A program made the position numbers and the translations under genes. The notes under the pieces were generated by a model. It was not told the DNA's origin and did not search any database. It was given only the letters and a program-made list of their open reading frames with translations. DNA of 64,000 nucleotides, from NCBI GenBank assembly GCA_964406795.1, contig CAYOTA010000001.1:77081-141080 (forward strand), given 5' to 3'. Below, in pieces: positions 60,204 to 64,000 of this stretch (its first letter is position 1; every line of letters starts with the position of its first letter). The DNA comes from an uncultured Gammaproteobacteria bacterium (GTDB lineage: Bacteria; Patescibacteriota; Microgenomatia; Levybacterales; GWA1-39-11).

Positions 60204-60322
60204 TATTTATTTTCTTCTTTCTTTTTGGCAGGCACTAAACGCATTTTGCATTTTGGGCAAATCCCCGGTTTGTCAGATGTCACTTCAGGGTGCATCGGAC
60301 AGGTATATGTTTGCTTTTCCAT
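60203..60322 (-). CDS. 39-aa heavy-metal-binding-domain peptide, translationally coupled to nuoA (TAATG overlap). Not in the ORF track.
   Basis: Manual translation MEKQTYTCPMHPEVTSDKPGICPKCKMRLVPAKKKEENK: YTCPMHPEV...G.CP.CGM.L metal-binding motif. Confidence 0.5.
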   Translation of the reverse strand: MEKQTYTCPMHPEVTSDKPGICPKCKMRLVPAKKKEENK

Positions 60323-60343
60323 ATTTATTTATCGCCTCCTTTC

Positions 60344-60559
60344 TTACTGTGCATATTCTTCAGGATCACTATCAAACTGCTCAACACAACCATTGCAGCA
60401 AAGATAAATTTTCTTTCCTTTATATTCGCTCACCCAGCCGTTTTCTTCAGACTCTTCCTTATTAATAGGAATGCCTTTCATCACAGGACACGTTAATAGT
60501 TCTTCATCAGATAGGTGGTATTTTTGATTCTGTATGTGTGTCATAAGATTAAGATTCAA
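60344..60559 (-). CDS. YHS/TRASH-domain metal-binding protein
   Basis: TCPVMKG...YKGKKIYLCCNGCVEQF. Confidence 0.6.
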   Translation of the reverse strand: MNLNLMTHIQNQKYHLSDEELLTCPVMKGIPINKEESEENGWVSEYKGKKIYLCCNGCVEQFDSDPEEYAQ

Positions 60560-60563
60560 ATCG

Positions 60564-62252
60564 TCAAAATATTTTTTTAATCAGCGTCCATCCGCCAATA
60601 ATTCCTAAAACCACTAATGCAACCGTTGAAAGATTTAGGTGTAAATTTAATAAACCATTGGCTACAAGATAGGAAACGATCCCTATGGCAAAAAGAGACG
60701 CAACGAGTGTAGTTGTCATCCGCTTTGTGCCTTCCTCTGATAATCTTTTTCCAAACGCTTCAAATTCTTCCTGATTAATTTTCACTTCGAATTGTCCGTT
60801 TTGTACTTTTTTCAGTGTCTGCATGATCATTTCCGGTCCTTCTTCAAGATAGGAGTAGTAATCAAGCGCCATATCCTGTAATTTTTGTTTGAGATTTTTG
60901 GGATTGATTTCTTTTTTAAGAATTTGCATGGCGTAGGGTTTCATCTGCTTGGCAAAATCAAATTCAGGATCAAGACTCATCCCCATCGCTTCAGTTGTCA
61001 AAAGCGATTTCCCAAGATAGGCAAAACTTGAAGGGAAATAGACTCTGTTTCTTCTGCCGCTGTCCATAATCCGCATAAAGGTTCGGGCCAGACTAATGTC
61101 TTTTAATTTCGCGCCAAACCATTCATGCAAAATATCGTCAACATCATGCTCAAATGACATTTTGTTCGCGTTTGGCCCTACTTCCACCAAATGCCAGAGA
61201 TGTTTAATAGCGCCTTCCGAATCCTCATTTAAAAAGCTGATGAAAAATGCCGCTAGTTCTCTTCTATCGGTAACGGATAATCTGCCCACCATGCCATAAT
61301 CTATAAAGGCAAAGACATTTTCGGAAAGGGCAAAATAATTGCCCGGATGCGGATCGGCGTGGAAGAACCCCTCAATAAAGACTTGGCGTAAAAGCGCGTT
61401 CACGCCGTTTTGGGCAAGTACTTGTTTATCAATATGCGCTTTTTGTAATGCTTTTTCATCATCCAGTTTTACTCCACTTATGAGTTCCATTGTCATAACG
61501 CTTCTGGAAGAATATTCGGAAAAGACTTTTGCAACTTTCACTGAGGGTTCACCCGCAAACATTGTGCCGAAGCGTTTGGCATGCACTGCCTCAATCGTAA
61601 AATCCAGCTCACGGCCGATGGTTTGGGCAAATTCTTCAACTAACTGCTTAGGACGAAAGATGCGCCACTCAGGAACCTGTTGTTCAATGCGATTGGCAAG
61701 AAAACGTAAGATGTCGATGTCTTCTCCTACCATTTTTCTGATACCCGGGCGTTGGACTTTGACTGCTACTTTTGTCCCATCAAAAAGGACAGCTTTATGT
61801 ACTTGCGCAAGTGAGGCGGCAGCTAACGGCTCGCGGTCAAATTCTTTAAAGAGCTTTTCAATTGGTTTTCCTAATTCATTTTCAACAAGAATTTTTACCT
61901 GTTGGTAAGGAAACGACGGTACTTGGTTGGTTAGCTTACTCAATTCTGTTGTGAGATTTGAAGGTATGATGTCTGGTCTAAGAGATAGCACTTGTCCGAA
62001 TTTGACAAAGGTCGGGCCGAGCTTTATGAGCATTTTTCTAAGGCGCGTAGGGAATTCTTCTTCAGGTATGCTGTCTGACCACATACCAACACAGGCTTTT
62101 AGATAACAACGGATTTTACACTCAAGAGGCACTGCCCAAGAAAGCTTGGCTTTTTGAAAGATGACTCCAAAGCCTTCCTCAAAGACGGCTCCGGTTATAA
62201 CCCCAAACCGCTTCAGGTCTGCAATTGTGTTTCTTGTAAATAAAAGTTTCAT
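60564..62252 (-). CDS. UbiB/ABC1-family atypical kinase
   Basis: FVKFGQVLSLRPDIIP; AAASLAQVHKA...VAVKVQRPGI; C-terminal TMs. Confidence 0.85.
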   Translation of the reverse strand: MKLLFTRNTIADLKRFGVITGAVFEEGFGVIFQKAKLSWAVPLECKIRCYLKACVGMWSDSIPEEEFPTRLRKMLIKLGPTFVKFGQVLSLRPDIIPSNLTTELSKLTNQVPSFPYQQVKILVENELGKPIEKLFKEFDREPLAAASLAQVHKAVLFDGTKVAVKVQRPGIRKMVGEDIDILRFLANRIEQQVPEWRIFRPKQLVEEFAQTIGRELDFTIEAVHAKRFGTMFAGEPSVKVAKVFSEYSSRSVMTMELISGVKLDDEKALQKAHIDKQVLAQNGVNALLRQVFIEGFFHADPHPGNYFALSENVFAFIDYGMVGRLSVTDRRELAAFFISFLNEDSEGAIKHLWHLVEVGPNANKMSFEHDVDDILHEWFGAKLKDISLARTFMRIMDSGRRNRVYFPSSFAYLGKSLLTTEAMGMSLDPEFDFAKQMKPYAMQILKKEINPKNLKQKLQDMALDYYSYLEEGPEMIMQTLKKVQNGQFEVKINQEEFEAFGKRLSEEGTKRMTTTLVASLFAIGIVSYLVANGLLNLHLNLSTVALVVLGIIGGWTLIKKIF

Positions 62253-62342
62253 AAGAGTATTGTATCAAGTTTGTATCGTGTTTTTACGCAAACACGGTTA
62301 TCTTATTTCTATGTTTTTCAGAACGATAACCGTGTTTCTGTT

Positions 62343-62546
62343 TTAATGTGCATGTGCGGTTGTGCCTTTTTCCTTTGGCCCGCAGCATTTATTGACCTGA
62401 TCAACACCCCATGGCAAAAAGAATGCTACTGCCAACGGGATAAGAAGAAATGCGCTCCAGAATGGAAAGTGCCAAGATAAAGCGAATATATCATACACAA
62501 CCATTGCTGCTATAAAGAAAAATGCAAAGCTTGCGAGTGTTCTCAT
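62343..62546 (-). CDS. Small 2-TM protein with a C-terminal CCGP...HAH tail (start trimmed to MRTLASF)
   Basis: Hydrophobic hairpin; Cys/His-rich terminus. Confidence 0.3.
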   Translation of the reverse strand: MRTLASFAFFFIAAMVVYDIFALSWHFPFWSAFLLIPLAVAFFLPWGVDQVNKCCGPKEKGTTAHAH

Positions 62547-62652
62547 AATGTCCACCTCCTTTCTCATATATCTAACGCAATCATAAAACAAGTACAACGG
62601 CTTTTCCGTGACATTTGTCACGGAGCAGTGAAAGGAGAAAATTGAAGAATTA

Positions 62653-63540
62653 TCAAGAAACTGATCGGTTTTTCAGCGAGTCAAAAACAAGAAACAGTGT
62701 TGCAAGAAGAATTGAACCAATCCCAAACAGTTCATTTCCGCGCAATGGCTCTTTAAATACAAAACCGGCAATGACAAGACCAAAGACTGGAATAAGAAAG
62801 AGAAATAACGATAGCCTTCCGACATTGTGGCGCTGAATCAATAGGTACCATGTTGCAGTGATAAAAGCTGTTCCGATAACTCCCAAAAATAACAAAATGC
62901 CAACTGATGTGATATTCCAGATGAGTGGTTTCCCCTGCTCAGTAAACCATGACAATAGCATAAGGGGAAGGCTGCCCGCAATAAGTTGCCAAGCACTAAT
63001 TCGGACAATCCCTTTTGTCAGATGCATTTGTTTTACAAGTATGTTGCTTGTGGCTGCACCAATTGATGCTCCGAGTGCTAATACAAGCCCTGTTATGCCA
63101 TAGGCGTTTTCTCCAAATAAATCAGGATAAGAAATAAGCAGTATGCCAAATATACCAAAAATGAGAGCGATCAGAGACTTGCGGGAAAGTTTTTCATGAA
63201 GTACAACTGCTGCAAGAAGCACCGTAAAAAGTGGTGACATATTGCCAAGAATTGACGCAATGCCTGCACCTGTTCTCCCAGGACTTAAAAACATGCCAAA
63301 GAATGTTATGGTTGTTGTAACTCCAATCCAGCATATCCATTTCCATTCCTGTTTCGTCGGCAGTATCGGTTGCTTCAAATACAAGATAACCAGAAGAAGG
63401 GATACTCCGCCAAGAAGCGCACGCAAGCCGCCGAAAAGTAAGGGAGGAAGATACAAAAGCCCTAATTTTATAGCGGTAAAACAGATCGCATAGATAAGGG
63501 TAAGAAGCGCCATAAAGCAGAGAAGATACATTCGTTTCAT
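62653..63540 (-). CDS. EamA/DMT-superfamily transporter
   Basis: 10 TM, duplicated EamA halves. Confidence 0.7.
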   Translation of the reverse strand: MKRMYLLCFMALLTLIYAICFTAIKLGLLYLPPLLFGGLRALLGGVSLLLVILYLKQPILPTKQEWKWICWIGVTTTITFFGMFLSPGRTGAGIASILGNMSPLFTVLLAAVVLHEKLSRKSLIALIFGIFGILLISYPDLFGENAYGITGLVLALGASIGAATSNILVKQMHLTKGIVRISAWQLIAGSLPLMLLSWFTEQGKPLIWNITSVGILLFLGVIGTAFITATWYLLIQRHNVGRLSLFLFLIPVFGLVIAGFVFKEPLRGNELFGIGSILLATLFLVFDSLKNRSVS

Positions 63541-63611
63541 AGGTTATACTGAGTATACAAAAACATACGACTATTCATCAGTATTACTTTTTGAATCGCC
63601 GTATGTTTGAG

Positions 63612-63824
63612 TTAGTGTTGATGAGCTGTTTGCGGTTTTTTCTCATCAGTACTGCCGTGTCCCTCGCCATGATTCATAAACAGGTGCATGACTCCGCAAA
63701 GTGCTAGTGGCAGAATCAAAAACGCGTACGATGCTGGCAGGTTAAATATCGCTGAAGCACCCAGGTATAACGCTGCTGCTCCTAAACCGTAGATAACAAT
63801 TTTTTTGATATTCATATTGTTCAC
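63612..63824 (-). CDS. DUF2933-like small membrane protein
   Basis: 2 TM; LALCGVMHLFMNHGEGHG motif typical of DUF2933, which is usually near metal-resistance genes. Confidence 0.5.
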   Translation of the reverse strand: MNNMNIKKIVIYGLGAAALYLGASAIFNLPASYAFLILPLALCGVMHLFMNHGEGHGSTDEKKPQTAHQH

Positions 63825-64000
63825 CTCCTCTCCTTGTTCTGCATTCAGAATACCTCAATGAAAAAACAAATGCCGTGATATTTATCACGAGGTATAAAAA
63901 CCAGGGCAGCGTTTTTAAGAAGGCTGTTGTTTGTACCAAGTAAAATGCTCATAGACACTGCTCCACATAGCTCCAAGGGATGCTGCCCATAGCAATTCCT

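Overview
Bacterial window, low GC, standard genetic code with strong GGAGG ribosome-binding sites. It contains about 60 genes.

The left 19.6 kb is mostly housekeeping and envelope genes:
- Lon protease and a DEAD-box helicase.
- A MarR regulator with a three-copy palindromic operator; the other two copies sit in front of a secreted CHRD-repeat protein and a fasciclin protein.
- A GT39-type glycosyltransferase, a CcdA-thioredoxin fusion, an SNase-like nuclease, and DUF333, DUF2207 and DUF1697 proteins.

A tRNA-Gln(CUG) gene sits at 19614..19687. A ~26.5 kb accessory island follows it immediately (about 19.68..46.18 kb). Degenerate ~170 bp direct repeats flank the island; the left copy overlaps the tRNA 3' end. 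Three paralogous large serine recombinases lie in or beside it. The island is a defence and mobile-element mosaic:
- A DUF4352 lipoprotein, a membrane-anchored trypsin-like protease, and a Cas4-like FeS nuclease paired with a UvrD helicase.
- A four-gene operon of a small excisionase-family HTH, an SNF2 helicase, a Type III Mod and a Type III Res.
- An XRE regulator and a PH-SHOCT protein.
- A phage-packaging-only operon: ParB-methyltransferase, methyltransferase, small terminase and large terminase, with no portal, capsid or tail genes.
- Divergently from that operon, a second excisionase-family HTH coupled to a 1578-aa Mrr-like nuclease + STAND/NACHT NTPase giant protein, i.e. Avs-like.

Right of the island is core metabolism with a copper theme:
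- An FGGY kinase, GpsA, UbiB and an EamA transporter.
- A multicopper oxidase, a YHS protein, a 39-aa heavy-metal-binding peptide coupled to nuoA, and DUF2933.
- An eight-gene complex-I-like operon (NuoA, a cysteine-free NuoB/D-like fusion, NuoH, J, K, L, M, N). It lacks the NADH-oxidising module and NuoC/NuoI, which makes it Ehr-like.

Two small ORFs absent from the ORF track are called here: the 56-aa HTH at 34329..34499 and the 39-aa metal-binding peptide at 60203..60322. All domain calls come from motif recognition by eye; no searches were run.
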